A stretch of 64,000 nucleotides of DNA, taken from Owenia fusiformis. Its lineage: Eukaryota. The position numbers and the translations under genes are program-made. Location of the stretch: contig CAIIXF020000001.1 in NCBI GenBank assembly GCA_903813345.2, forward strand, positions 49,476,001-49,540,000. The letters run 5' to 3'. Below the pieces are notes generated by a model. The model was not told where the DNA came from, ran no database searches, and saw nothing but the letters and a program-made list of their open reading frames with translations. Every line of letters begins with the position of its first letter. The stretch's first letter is position 1. This document shows positions 1 through 13,114 of this stretch, piece after piece.

Positions 1-361
1 TCTAAAGTATACAGAACTGATCTAAGACATTTGCGACATGTTGATTTCACTCGATAACATTTCAAAACATGACCAGAATAAAATTTTGTTACAATTTTTT
101 GGCGCCTACAGGTATAATTGTCTGTTAAATGGAAATCATTTTTCAAAAAGGAAACAGACTTATTATGTTCCCAACCCATATTTCATCCTTAAAATCAAAA
201 TGTTTTCAGATCCCAGATGACCTAGGTACCATTAAACAACCAATTAATTTACTAGCGCCTTATTCTTTGTCCTTCCCATTTTCTTTCCAAAGAAACATGT
301 CCAGTTATGTACAAGTCTGTAAGTTTTCGCCATCCTCTGTAAGAATTGGTCCCTTATGGTG

Positions 362-3300
362 CTAAGACGTAGCAAAATATTGCTGTAGAATCTCATCTGG
401 GTTCCCAGGCCCCCAGTGGGTTAATTTGTCCTGAAATGAATAAATACAAGAGATATGAAAATATGTTTGAGAAGTATAGGAAATGCGCTGTGACACTTGC
501 CAGGAGCTAGTTACCACTTAGATTCCTCTGAGAAAATAAGATGGAAAACTTATAAAATTTCCCCTGAACATGAATAGAAAATAGATTGAGATCAATATTC
601 ATTCACTTTTTCTAGGATTGTTTTGAAATGTGTTCAGTTAAAAGAATTATTCTGTACATTAAAATTACAGATATTTCACTTTTTATGATTTTGTGACATA
701 AATAATTTTACACCATTTTATGTTAATCTCTTAAAATCTCATTCAAATGAAACTTCAGAGAGGTTCAAAGCTAGGCTATAAAGCAAATGGTTTATTGGTA
801 GAATTAGTAGAATTGGTACAAAGAATATGCCAAAAGGTAAAGCAGAGGTTAATTCAATATACCTTTTATACCTCTAGGTTTACGACAACATTAAAAAAAC
901 ATTATAATCAATGTCGCTAGTTGTTAGGAATGTTTAACTATCAATAGGACATTGGGTTATGAGTCCAATGCATAATTCAATTAAGATTTATCAATTTAAT
1001 CACATGTACATTTTTTATATAAATTGATTTTTTCACATTATTCCTAAAAATATATTCAATGCCAAGAGGTTTTTCCTGAGGGACACAAGTGATACTAGAT
1101 CGGTAATGAAGTACAGCTATCATAGAAATCAGCAAGTAGAAATACACAAAAACAAGTTACCGTATTCGCTGTAATAAGCGCTTTTGAAATTGAAATTCCA
1201 ATTGTAACCCATTACAAAGAGCGCCATTGATTTTTCTTCTGATATATTGGTTAATACTTGGTCATTCCTCAATATTTCTTGATCTCTGTGAAGTGGGGTG
1301 GGCACTTATTAGGGGTGGGCCCTTATTACGGCGATTACGGTATGGTAATTAGGTTTGCTGTGAGAACAGCAATCATATTTGAACTTCACAGAACACATTT
1401 TGGTGCCACAAATCAAGACTGATTTATTGAAACACAAACTGAACATGATTGAGTTTGCAAAAATGAGTAAAATAATTGAATTACTTAAGGCGACCAAATG
1501 GGTAGAAAGAAACATTTATAATGTATCCTGTCTTGTGTAGTGAAAATGTATATTGAGAAAAAAATAAACAAAAAAAACAAAAAAACACATTTATAATCAA
1601 TGCATATTATTCAGCTACCTGGTATATTCGTTAGATTTTTGATACTTAAATACATTTGGAACCTGCAATCACAAAGATAGTGAGGAAGAAAAAGAGCCAT
1701 ACAGAACTTTACATAAGTGTGTTTTTATCAAATACCCCTGCAATTTATTTATTTAGAAAAACAGCAACTTCCTGGAGTAGCAGATCTCACCTAACCAATC
1801 ATCAATTAATTTTGACAAAAATGATGGCCATTTTGATTTGAGATTCCTTATTAGAAATTCATTCTCAAGCAGAGGTTCCATCTCCATAAGGTATTAGCTC
1901 ATGAAATTTAAACCAAACTTCCAACTGGTATTAGTCATTCGTTATGGTCCCCAGACAGATTTATTGGACAGCTTTTTGATATCCCTATATCAAATTTCAT
2001 TTGTAGGGATAAAAATAAAGCCTCCATAAGAAATGGTGCCCAAATGTCAACATTTGTTGGGGAAAGGATTTATGACAACTTCATTGGTAAAGCATGCTGA
2101 TTTTTGAAATGCAAATCAGCATTTTCAAATTTCGTTTTCCAAGGACAGGAATAATGAAATCAACTTCATTTTTCTACAATGGTCAACATTAAAACACCCT
2201 CCCCTAGTACAATAATTAGTGTATATCAGATAGGCCACGTACCTGTGGGAGGTAGAGACATACACTAGACAGCTTGAATACTATGGCTTTACTCTTGCTT
2301 GTCTGAAACATAAAAAAAAACATCAATATTAGGCATATACATCATATATACAGTAAACATTGTACACAGTAAACATTGTACACAGTAAACATTGTACACA
2401 GTAAATATTGTAGGACTAGTCAACAATAGAGCCTTTGCTATATGGCTTTAAAAACTCAACAAGTTCAGTTTTACATTAACTCAACTGAAATTATTTGATA
2501 AATCAAGAAATTGACTGATATTTATGTTTTCTTCATATAGCCTATATTGGTATCTGGCTTAAAACTACTACAGCCATCTATTTATCAATATACACACAGC
2601 AAATCAAAAACATAATGGAGATATAGGGATTAAAGGATGAGTCTGGGTATCGACTTAGAAAATATTAGAAAAACCAACTCAATCACACATATTCTTTTCT
2701 TCAATATCTTTTCCTTCTTCTGAGATTACAAAAATATCAATTTGTATCACAATTGATGAAGAATATTGGCATCAAAGACAGTGCATATCACTTTGTCAGA
2801 ATTGAAAAAAAATCAATGGCAACTATTAAATGAATTATTTATACAAAAAGTTTGAAACATATCCTCCAAAACATTGCTTACTTTCTTTGTATAGACATTG
2901 AATGGTATTTCTGGATAAGTGAATTGGTGTTTATCTGGGTAATCAAGGGATTATAGTCACTCAAAGGTACTGAGCATCCAGTTTTGAGACTTCAATTGTG
3001 TTGGTGAAGTTACACATATTTCAGTCAAATTCATGCTGAGCACAACATTTTGGTTTCAATTTTATAATCTCTAAACATGACCTTGGTAATGAAGAGTCAG
3101 AATCAGTCAAAAAACCTAAACCGGAAAACTGTGCTCATTGTGAAAACTAAAAGTGAAACTTTTTTTCTGATAATTCTTACATCCAATGGCAGCCATCTTG
3201 TTTTTCCCCCTTCAAATTAAACTGGAGGGAAATTCAAAAAATTGAAAAACATTTTAATCCTTAAAGGAAGAATCAGATCTATAGGGGGTGACAAAATTAC

Positions 3301-6300
3301 AAGCAACTTGTATAATTGAATGACCAGTCTATTCCTTACAATATCAAATACAATATCTCCAAAGAGATTCACAATACTGTAAAACGGGTAATTTTGACAC
3401 CGGGAAATTTTAGCGATTTTTCAATTTTAGGGGGTTTTAGCGCAGGAAATTTTAGCGAAATGAAGATTAATCTTTAAAAAATCAAATTAGCGAAATGCAA
3501 TAGAAATTTTATCATTTATGGCAGAAGAATGAATAACGGACATGACAGAGGAATTATTAAAATGTAAGACTTCTAACGCACATGGTATTGGTCCAAACTA
3601 CTGTAATCTCATCTGACTAATCACAAAATCACGGTAGCATTTAAAATCGTTGATTTTTCGGTCCAAACTAATCTCAAATTACAAACCGGAAGTCGAGCAC
3701 TGAACGAAAAGCTCCTTAAATACTAGTATTCATGTAGATTCCTGGGAATTTGCAAATTTTAGCGCTCGGTTTATTTTAACCCCGGTTTATTTTAGCGAAT
3801 TGAATTTTTAGCGAAACTATAGCGATCGCTAACAATCGCTAACAATTACCCCTCGCTAACAATACCCGTTTTACAGTATGTTATAAATTGGTGAAGTTAT
3901 TAATGATTCAAAGTGAAAAAATGGGTAAAAAATGTTTAAATTCTCCCAAATAATAAGAATGGTAACCATTCTTATAGAAAAATAATATATTATTGTAAAA
4001 ATCTTTAGTTTTTCAGGAATAAAGTACGCACTTTTCTGATTTTTAGAAAATAGACATGTCAAGGAATGACATGAGCCGAAAATATTCTAAAATTGGAACA
4101 ATTTTTTGTTTAGCCTGCTCGCTATCTCTGATTCTCTCTTTAAATATATTTCAAAAATATGATTTTCTTTTTAATTCTTCATGGATCTTACGTAATTTCT
4201 TCTTTGTATGTCATACATGTTGCCATTGGTGTTTTTTCTATGATAATGACCCTTTTTTTATTTGTTAAGATACTTTTTCTGACTCTCAGCAGGGGGTTAA
4301 TTATGCATCAAAACTCGTGAAAAAGTAAATATACCTAGGACAGTAATAAAAACAATATTTCACATACATTTGACTGAGGGACCAAAAGGGCATATATCCG
4401 GACACATCCTTTGGCCACTAACATCATGCTTTTATACTTTGGCACTGCCAATAGATAGCTCTCACCTCTAAGGCTGTTAAATTTCATTAAGCTATTTCTT
4501 TGTTTCTGTGCTGTGATATACAGTAAACATTAATATCCTTGGATTAGATATTTAAAAAAATGAGACACTACAGGACTTGTTATGTTAGGGTGCAAATTGC
4601 ACACCATTATTTTTTTATTAGACTTACAGACACTGCCATTTCAGTTTCTACTTACGTCAAGAGTTTGTCTATCAATAAATAGAAACATTGACTGCGCAGG
4701 ATTATTGACGATAAGCCCTGATTTATCTTTCCGTGTCAGCAACCTCATAAGTTGTTTCTCATAATCTTCCTGGCTGAATGTAAACTCACACTGAAATCAT
4801 AGTGGACAAGTTCTATTGTGTTTCAAGCCAAATACTAGTCTAAATCACAAATAAACCACAATGAGATCGGGTCATAGGTAAGTAGGGAGCAAGTGGAGAC
4901 TAGGTAAATGGCAAGGGGTGGACTCGAGGAGACAATTGGATATACAGTAGTTGATGTGGCTGTTTAATTGTGTCATCACCTCAACCAACGAACCAACTAA
5001 TCAAACTTTTACAATTACTGTACAGTGAAGTTCAAATAAAAACAAGGCATTAACATGTAAAATGTCACTACCTGCCATTTGTTACACATGCCAATCATTG
5101 AACGCCAACCACTGAATGCCGAACACTGTCCATAAAAAAGTTGGAGACTATAACAAAATGTCACCACTTCTGGTGTTTATTTTCACCATCTGTCTTTCAA
5201 ACTTTTCAAGATCTCACTTCTGCACAAAATGCATTACTTCTACATACTTGATGAGATGGCAAGTCCTCCCCTTCCCCTCTTTATATTTTATATACAGCAT
5301 TACATTATTGACATCCTTTAGTTGAAATTACCTGAAGCGGTTTGAATGGTGATTCCTCTCCCCTCCACTTGGAGAATAGCATGCACTCTATCTTCTCAAT
5401 GTCGTTCCTTGGCCATAAGAAGAAGTCCATTTCTGTGGTACAGCCTATCACATCCTGCAACATTACATCATATCATTCATTCATGTATATAAATATCATA
5501 CATGTATCAACTCTCCCTTTGGCATGCCATTACCATCCCCTGTCCCCATCGATACATGTCCTAGTCTCCTCCCTTTTGGCATGTCATTCCATCTCTAGTC
5601 CATCAAAAGTCACGAAGCGTTAAATGAATATATTTGAATCATTGCAATATTATACCTTGCGAAGTGATTGCCATCTTGGGGCATGTAACTGTACTACGTC
5701 TTTCTCTAGCAATTCCTTTGAGCTCTCCATGGAGTAGGCCTCTTCCTAAAGGAAAAAGAAAAAATAGTTTGACATAGCTTGTCATCTTATTTATCACTAA
5801 ATTCACAAATAGAAATTCATTCATAATAATTGTGTAAAAGCTACTGAGTAAAAAAATCAAACCTTGACTCCTTTAAGAATGCTGTCTTCATAATTGTTGG
5901 TCATCACTGGCAAGACTTCTGCTATCTCAAATAAGGCACATGGCTTTTTCTGAAAGATCGAACAAAAAAGGAAACTAATGTTCATGAATGTGTCTAAGTC
6001 AGGGGGCCATTTCTCATAAATTGTTAGTTGTGGATCTGCAAGTCAAAGAACGATTTTTAGATCAGTAATGTTGGAACTTTTGAGAAATTTACCTTAATTG
6101 GTAGATAACATCAAAGAATCTGCAAGTCAAAGAACAAATAATCAATTTTTAGATCAGTAATGTTGGAACTTTTGAGAAATTAAATAGCTTCTGTCAAATA
6201 AGTAAAGCAGTCTGCCTTTGGCCTGAACAGTCAGCTGTTACATACCTATTTCTACTTATTATACTGAACTTCTGTACTTATTATTACTGTAATAATATAA

Positions 6301-9300
6301 TTTTTGCACATTATTGTAAACACTGGTGGATTTACACATAGAGGAACCTCATTTTCAAAAATGCAGCATTATGAAAAAATCTAGGCATTCTTTGAAAAAG
6401 TTATTGTGACAGACCAAGGTTGGGAAAGAGAATGATAACATGATTTTATGTGCACAACATTGCATTTCCATTCGGCTATTTCACACTATTTCACACTATT
6501 GTACCTTGGTCTTGTTAAAGGACTCAAACAGGAAACTTAGTTCACTTGCAAAGTATTTTGTCATGTTATAATTAGGGTTACCCGAAACTGTCCTGTTCCG
6601 AGGTATTTGGGTTCGGTATCGGAACTCGGAACACAAGGCAGCATTTTTCGGAACGGGACAAGGGGCTCAAAACCAGCACAAATGTTTCTGAATCATTGCC
6701 TGTTTTCTTCCAGAAGCAGTGGTTAGTACTTTATAGTGATCTTCATGACCACTTTTCACTTTATTGAGGTTAAAAACTTAATTTTAATGAATGTTTACAT
6801 CGTCATCTTGGATAATGCAGACCGATCTTTTTCTCCTTAGCGTATTTCTGTGATAGACTAAGTAATTTCAATGAAAAACCTAAACAAATTGACTGATCCC
6901 TTGGCAATGTTTATCGGAAAGCACGTGGGTTAGGGGGCGAATCAAAAATGCAACAAAGCAAGCCTAAGTTACCTTCGCTAGATAGGCATATTAAAAGTTT
7001 CAGCGTAGCTGACATTCCTTGAGATGCTCCCTGCACAGACACATTGCGCAGTAGGTTTATCAATGCCGGCCTCAGTGACCTGATCTATCGAGAGTTGTCA
7101 CTAAGTATTTTGAATAACTCCCTCAAGAAGAGAGGTTAAATTCACTAGATCTGAATGATCCTATAAAGGTAGATACCGGGAACATTGAGATCCAGCTGAT
7201 AGAATATTTTAAGGGGGTTACGATGATAGACTAGGAATGAAAACAAATCCACTTCCAGTTTCATATGATCAGGTAAATAGAAAGATTACCATATTCACTT
7301 TAAATAACGCCCAGTAGCGTTATCAGTCTGAAATTTTGTCCCGTTCCGAAGATCCGATGTTCCGAAGGCCAAAATACCGTCCCATTCCATTCCGAAGTTT
7401 TTTTGTTCCGTCCCATCCCTAGTTATAATACATGGATATAACCAGTCTTACTTCCTGCAAAACTCTATGTTAATACTGTAGGTCTGACGGTTTAGGAGTT
7501 ATGGCCCAATTATATATGCCGAAAACTGTAAATTTCAGCGTTATGTTGTTGCACTAACTTTTTCCTTAATCATAACGTAATAATATCGTTATTATTCAAT
7601 TTTTAGATGTTGAACTGTTTAGTGCTGTCGAAAAATGTATTTAATTTCCTGCATTTGACAATTTATTTGATAGAAATCTGATCATTAGATCATTTTCAGT
7701 TGCTGTTTCCAAAATATGTCTTCTTCGTTATGGAAAATACCATTTTATCTATTGTACGAATTTCACAAGGTAGAAAGGAAAATTTAATGGTCAGATAATA
7801 CATCTGTTGCCTTGATTACACATTCTGATACATATTACATGAAATATAATAGTTGCATGAAACACAAGTTTCTTTTCCAGCAGCAGTAGTAGATTTTGTA
7901 AAAGCTGGTAAAAGTGCAAAATCTCCTGCAGTGTTCGTAGCCCCCTTGCTTTAAAAGGTTTGAATGGGAGCATCAAACAATTGTTCTCTATATTAATTGC
8001 TCTCATCTTGCATTGCAATCTTTCTCATTTTACATGGTGAGAAACATGAAATGTAGTGTCCATTACCCTGTAGTGTCCGTAGCCTAGTTGAACTAAATCA
8101 CACAATATCTACAAGTGTTTGCCTGTTTGTTACATTTTTCTGTTATGAATTGTTGTTTTGTTGTGAGCTCTTTTTTCAATGGACATTTTGTCAGATGCAG
8201 GGTTCTCACTAGACTTTTAGACTCCTGAGATTCTCCGGAGTCTTAAATTTCTTAAAACCCTCTTGCTCCAGAGTCTAATAGCTTTTCCAGAGTCTGAAGT
8301 GTTTTTTCCGGAGTCTAATTTTACATTTTTGTCACATTGTTTGCGGTAAAACTCTTGAGAAAATACATAAAACTGGATACAAACAAGGAATAGGAAGTCA
8401 GAAACCTTTTAGAAATAAATATTGGGATTAAAATAGCAAGAAATAGGTTGTACTTTTTATGTTTTTGTTTTTAATATGTGATGATGGCATCATGTCTGAA
8501 AATAAGTTATTGATAACACTTGCTCATTAATCTCCTTATTTGGCAGTATAGGGGTATATTTGTAGCAAGGGCTATGGATACTACGCAACACTTTTGCGCA
8601 CAATAGCGTGAAACAGCCGATTTCATTTCATATTATTTCATTATTGATAATCTCACATAATCTAAACTTACATTTTATACAGCACTGTGAAATATTATTG
8701 GGACTTTTATAACATGAGATTGTTAATAGTCAGATATGTTTACTCACTTCGAGAGCCATGTTAGATTTTGAAACTTATGGCTCTCAAACGGGAAAGTGAA
8801 CAGCTGATCAATAGTGACCTTTGAAATCGAATTAAGTCGATTTGCGGCTTACTTTTGGTCTCTAACTATGTCTTACATCAGTATCATCAATCCTTGTAAG
8901 TATTGGAGCGCTGGAGTACTTCTTTTTCGATCAAGACTTGTAAATTGTTCATCGAGTGAACGTTTTTTAGACCAATTTCCAATATGGCGGTTCGCTAGGA
9001 GCGAGATACGCAACAAACGAAATGAATTTTGAGAATTAGTTAGGTTCGGACAACCTCCGGAGATTTACGAAAATGTCCGAGCAGAAAACGCCATGTTGGA
9101 ATTTGGCAGTAAAACGATTCACTCGACTAACAATTACAAGTCTTTATCGGAAAAGAAGTACTCCAGCGCTCCAATACTTACAAGGATTGATGATACTGAT
9201 GTAAGACACAGTTAGAGACCAAAAGTAAGCCGCGGATTGACTTAATTCGATTTCAAAGGTCACAATCATTCAGCTGTCCAAATGCTCCGTGGGAAAGCTA

Positions 9301-9684
9301 TTATATCAAAATCCAAATAGCTTTCGCAGGAAGTAAAGATATGTGAGATTATGAACTCAAAAGAAACTTAAAGAATGCATGTTCTGTTCCCAAAAAAATG
9401 CCAAATAAAACAACAGTCTAAGAATTGACAGATTCTACATATAAATCAATGTTCACAGAAAATCGAGTAAGGCCATAGACACGATGACGATAATAGGATA
9501 AAGAAAGAGTCTAGAATTTTGAAAGAATAATAATTATCATTACATGTATCTATATGTACAGTACCTTATCTTTGAAGTGGAAGATCATAAACATTTTGAA
9601 CTCAAATTGGTCTGCTAAAGATTCTCTCTTCTTGCGTAATTGTTGTCGAAGACGATTTAATGCTGAAGTTTTTCGATCACCCAT
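362..9684 (-). CDS. C6orf62: Uncharacterized protein C6orf62 homolog, complete, 227 aa, 7 coding exons
   Basis: Exons in transcript order: 9684-9565 ([40 protein letters not shown]), 5949-5863 ([29 protein letters not shown]), 5745-5656 ([30 protein letters not shown]), 5454-5332 ([30 protein letters not shown]...), 4790-4656 ([45 protein letters not shown]), 2302-2243 ([20 protein letters not shown]), 430-362 ([22 protein letters not shown]). All introns are GT-AG and phase 0. The motifs [35 protein letters not shown] and WPRNDIEKI are recognised from vertebrate C6orf62. Not in the ORF track. Confidence 0.95.
1160..1340. mobile_element. Tc1/mariner(pogo)-type MITE
   Basis: TA|CCGTATTCGCTGTAATAAGCGC ... 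GCCCTTATTACGGCGATTACGG|TA terminal inverted repeats with TA flanks. Confidence 0.75.
2351..2412 (+). repeat. 16-bp tandem repeat, about 4 copies
   Basis: Unit cagtaaacattgtaca. Confidence 0.9.
3265..4139. mobile_element. Kolobok-like non-autonomous element (TTAA TSD) carrying a nested MITE
   Basis: TTAA|AGGAAGAATCAGATCT ... ATCTCTGATTCTCTCT|TTAA. Related copies at ~40880-41150 and ~46735-46989. Confidence 0.75.
3377..3876. mobile_element. TA-TSD MITE (Tc1/mariner-like) nested in the Kolobok-like element
   Basis: TA|CTGTAAAACGGGTA ... TACCCGTTTTACAG|TA with internal ttttagcg repeats. The uninterrupted site (caatatg) is visible in the copy at ~46785. Confidence 0.85.
5040..5176 (+). repeat. 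Fragment of an interspersed repeat family
   Basis: aaaatgtYactacctgccatttgttaca...gagactataac...gtcaccacttctg recurs at ~12190-12255 and ~50620-50720, and inverted at ~60476-60560. Confidence 0.7.
6573..7421. mobile_element. Non-autonomous hAT-like element
   Basis: TAGGG...CCCTA termini, perfect 8-bp TSD GTTATAAT (6565-6572 and 7422-7429), subterminal ttccga/tcggaa repeats. Confidence 0.85.
8720..9350. mobile_element. Foldback / long inverted repeat in C6orf62 intron 1
   Basis: Arms ~8800-8995 and ~9084-9277 are near-perfect reverse complements (e.g. tcttacatcagtatcatcaatccttgtaagtattggagcgctggagtacttc) and extend outward with more divergence. Confidence 0.88.
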
Positions 9685-9959
9685 TGTACTTCAGTGTTGA
9701 GGTATAGAGGGTTCAGTTGAGTTGATATAGTCATAAAATCAAGGATAAAACTCCAGACATGACTCCTAGGTTGATCAGTTCTTCAATTTACAGCAAGAAC
9801 GTCTTTGTGTATCCATGCATAATGTCATTTTAAAGATCTTGAAGATGAACAGCATCATGAAATCCTTTGAAATCTAACTTCTAAAGTTAATCTTGTTGTT
9901 CATGAGACATTATTTGACTTTTTCAGGAAACCAGGAGTCTCTTTGATATATAACGATGG

Positions 9960-10200
9960 TCTAAGTTTCTAAAATAACGTCGTTAGAGTACAGAAAGCTT
10001 TTATTCTTGAAAAAAATGAAATGCTTTTATATTTCAATAAGATTCTACCCGATTACGTTATAAATTGCTTACTTCCGGTTTAGAGTTTACTCCAATTTTC
10101 TGATTTATTGATTCACAACATTGACGACTTAACAGAGATGGGACTTCTGTTCGACAAATCCACTTGCTGGAGGAATTGGTAATAAAAATGCCAACAGTTG
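9960..10200. promoter_or_regulatory. Putative bidirectional promoter for C6orf62 (-) and the PP2C-like gene (+), with a candidate + strand first exon ending at 10200
   Basis: Lies just upstream of the C6orf62 leader. Locally CpG-containing, with an ETS-type ACTTCCGGT at 10071-10079 and a + strand donor TTG|GTAAGA at 10200/10201. Confidence 0.5.
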
Positions 10201-10418
10201 GTAAGACAAACTTATTATTTTCATGTCAGACTAAGCCAAACTATAAGCTTAGATCTATTTTTATTTTGGCGTTCTCAATTATTCACCAGTCAGTGAGTCA
10301 CCCTAAAAATGTGACTCTTGAGACTCTTAACTCAGTGATTCACATAGCCACAGGTCACTGTCAGTTCTGTAGATCAGCTAACAGCTAACCTTGATCCTGT
10401 AATGTACATGTACAGTAT

Positions 10419-10594
10419 CAGGCCCGTAGCCAGAGGGGGAGCTGGAGAAGCTCCCCCCTGGCCAGAAATTCTTTCAAAATCATGCAGTTTTTCACCATTC
10501 TGAGAATTTTTCGCATGAATTTTAGCCAAAATCGTGAAAAAGCTTCCCCCTGGAATAAAGACCCCCCTCCTGGTAAAAGCTGGCTACGGGCATG
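10419..10594. mobile_element. MITE with CAGG..CGTAGCC termini
   Basis: CAGGCCCGTAGCCAG ... CTGGCTACGGGCATG, flanked by AGTAT on both sides. Relatives at 29596, ~32267, 51360 and 58348. Confidence 0.8.
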
Positions 10595-11154
10595 AGTATA
10601 GTGCTGATACAAAATAAAGGGTGAGTTTTCAAACTAAACAGAGTGCTCCTACCAGTACTGTCAACCCCCAAAGATTTTCTCGCAGGACAGATTTTTCAGA
10701 CCAAGGACCCAAAATTCGCGGGATTTTGCGGGGCTTCACCTAAATGCGCAGGATTTCGTGGGACATTTAAGGGATTTGCGTGATTGCGCTAATAGGTCAA
10801 ATTTTGATCAAATTCGCAGGATTGCGCGGGACCATTTAAGGGACAAACATGCTAATTGCGTGACAGTTACAGGGTAACCACCAAAGACTTCATAGAGGGA
10901 CAGATTTTTTAAGACAAAGTGCCTTAAATTCGCAGGACATCAACCTACAAATTTGGAAGTACACAGTTATTTATTAGTTGGATGACTAGCGAAATGTCAA
11001 AAATAAAGCATTATACTCTGAAGTAAATGAAGTTGAGTTATTTAGAAATATTATATTCACTGAGAATGCATTTATATATTTTTTCAAAATCCAGAATCTT
11101 GTGGATTCAAAAACTTGAAATCCGAACACTTCCTAATCCAAATGCATTAAGCTG

Positions 11155-11812
11155 TAGGGCTCTCACGGTTTCATAATTCCTCGGTTTGGTTCGGTTCACG
11201 TTTTTTATCTCCTCGGTTTCGGTTTCGGTTCGGTTTTCGGTTCCTATCGCACTTTAATGTAAAAAATCAAATAACTCAAAAAGATGGCGCGATTTCATTA
11301 TTTAAATGAGCAGCCCGGGAACATGTTTACCTCTGATCTAAGTCAGTTTTATTTACAAATTAATCATTAACTTTGTATTGTATTTTATTTATGCGATGAT
11401 AAATAGATGGCGCGATTTCATATTAAATAAGCGGCCCGGGAGCATGTATAACTCTGATCTATTCTATTTCTGCAGACAGCAAATTTTCACATTTTTTCAC
11501 ACGTACCTTTCTCATATACCATAACGATTTTGCAAAGCCGGCATATCGTTCTTTCCGGGAGAGGAACACAATCTCTCGTTGGAAATCCAAAATAACCCAA
11601 ACAGTGGGCCTTGTACGACTTTTGAGCGTTTAGAATGCCGAAATCTTTACCTCTCGTTTCGAGATTCATCTTCCTCTACTTTAGCGAACGGCACTTTTTT
11701 CTGAATCAACGAACCGTTAAAAAACCGAACATCGGAGTTTTCGAACCGAACGTACCGACCGAGGCCCAAGAACCGCGGAGCACCGTGGTTTCGGTGCACC
11801 GTTAGACCCTTA
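11155..11812. mobile_element. Non-autonomous hAT-like element inserted into the end of a pogo-type MITE
   Basis: TAGGGC...CCCTTA termini, 8-bp TSD TTAAGCTG (11147-11154 and 11813-11820), subterminal ggttcgg/ccgaacc arrays. The flanks rejoin into a sequence ending acaggttttactgta. Confidence 0.85.
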
Positions 11813-13114
11813 TTAAGCTGGTCTAAATAGTGTTCGGATTAAACAGGTTTTACTGTAGTTGTTTGTCTGGTTGATCAAAGACCTTGATTCAATGATTTAT
11901 GGCAAATATATGATCTTAGATTTTATTCTGCCCATTGTCAAAGACATCAATCACTCTATAACGATGATCATACAAGGTAAGGCATTAACTCTCAAATCTA
12001 AAGTCAGATTTTTACTTCTGAGAACTTGTAGATGATTTGGAAAAATTGGATCAATTTGAAACAAGTTGAAAAAATACCATTTTGACCTTGAAAAGGTCAT
12101 GGAAGGTCAAATCTCAAATTTGGAGTCAATCTTAACAGTACTTGTTAACGTTAACTTATTGGAAGTTATAAGAATATGTTACAGACACTGAGCACCAACC
12201 ACCAAACATCATCACAAAAAATGTTGGAGACTATAACAATATGTCACCACTTCTGTCATCAGTCATATATTGTATCATGAATCATAGAATTTCGGTCTTT
12301 ATTCCTTAATTATATATATAAGTTTTAATCACACAAGCCAGATTTTACATATCATTCAACTTTCTAATAATTGAATGGCATTTTTCATCATCCATAATGA
12401 ATCACTATTATTGACATTTTTGTGGAATATTTCGATTTGAGGTGACAAGGTATTGAAGTGATCCATTTATCGTAGACAATATGAGACATAATAGGAAACC
12501 AAACCCAGGACCTTTGGGAAACTGAGCCATCTGTCTTTTAAATGAAATCCTACGCTTAATATGCTGGCCCTGGTCATACTGACATATACTAGATGCCATC
12601 TCTATTAAAATCATTCAAAGAGGTTTTCCGATATACGAGAGGGTTGATCATAAAGTTCTCGTAATATCTCTCTAATTTCTATATTTTTCAATAATGTGCA
12701 GCATGGAATGGTATATTAATCCAGCAAACAATATATGATTTTCTGTACTTATTGATTACTCAGTTGATTAATTTCGTAAAAATGCAAAAGTCACAGAGTT
12801 TCTTACAAATGAAAAGAATTTTTTTTTTGCATTTTTACGAAATTAATCAGAAAATCAGAAAATCTCTTTGAATGAAACAGCTCTCTAATTTGAGCACTTT
12901 TGGCCCCTTACATTTTCATTGAGTCTCATAAAACGAACCTTCAAATGGGAACACCTCCTAATTTGAACACTGAACAGTCATATTTGAAAAGTAAACTTGT
13001 CTAATATGTTCACCTTGAAATATAAGATCCATAAGCCGAATAATTTTAGTTGGTCCCAATGATATGTGCATGATACTTTTACTGTATGAGTGCCTGAGGT
13101 TTTACTTAACAGTA

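Noticed and set aside
305..364. Stop-codon readthrough of C6orf62 (TAG-C, 18 further codons)
   Set aside because: An extension this long is expected by chance, the context is not a strong readthrough motif, and there is no conservation evidence.
9657..9968. 103-codon - strand frame interrupted only by four TGA codons (selenoprotein or mitochondrial-code idea)
   Set aside because: There is no ATG before the TGAs, three of the four come from ATGA overlaps of the uORF starts, the translation is unrecognisable, and I saw no SECIS.
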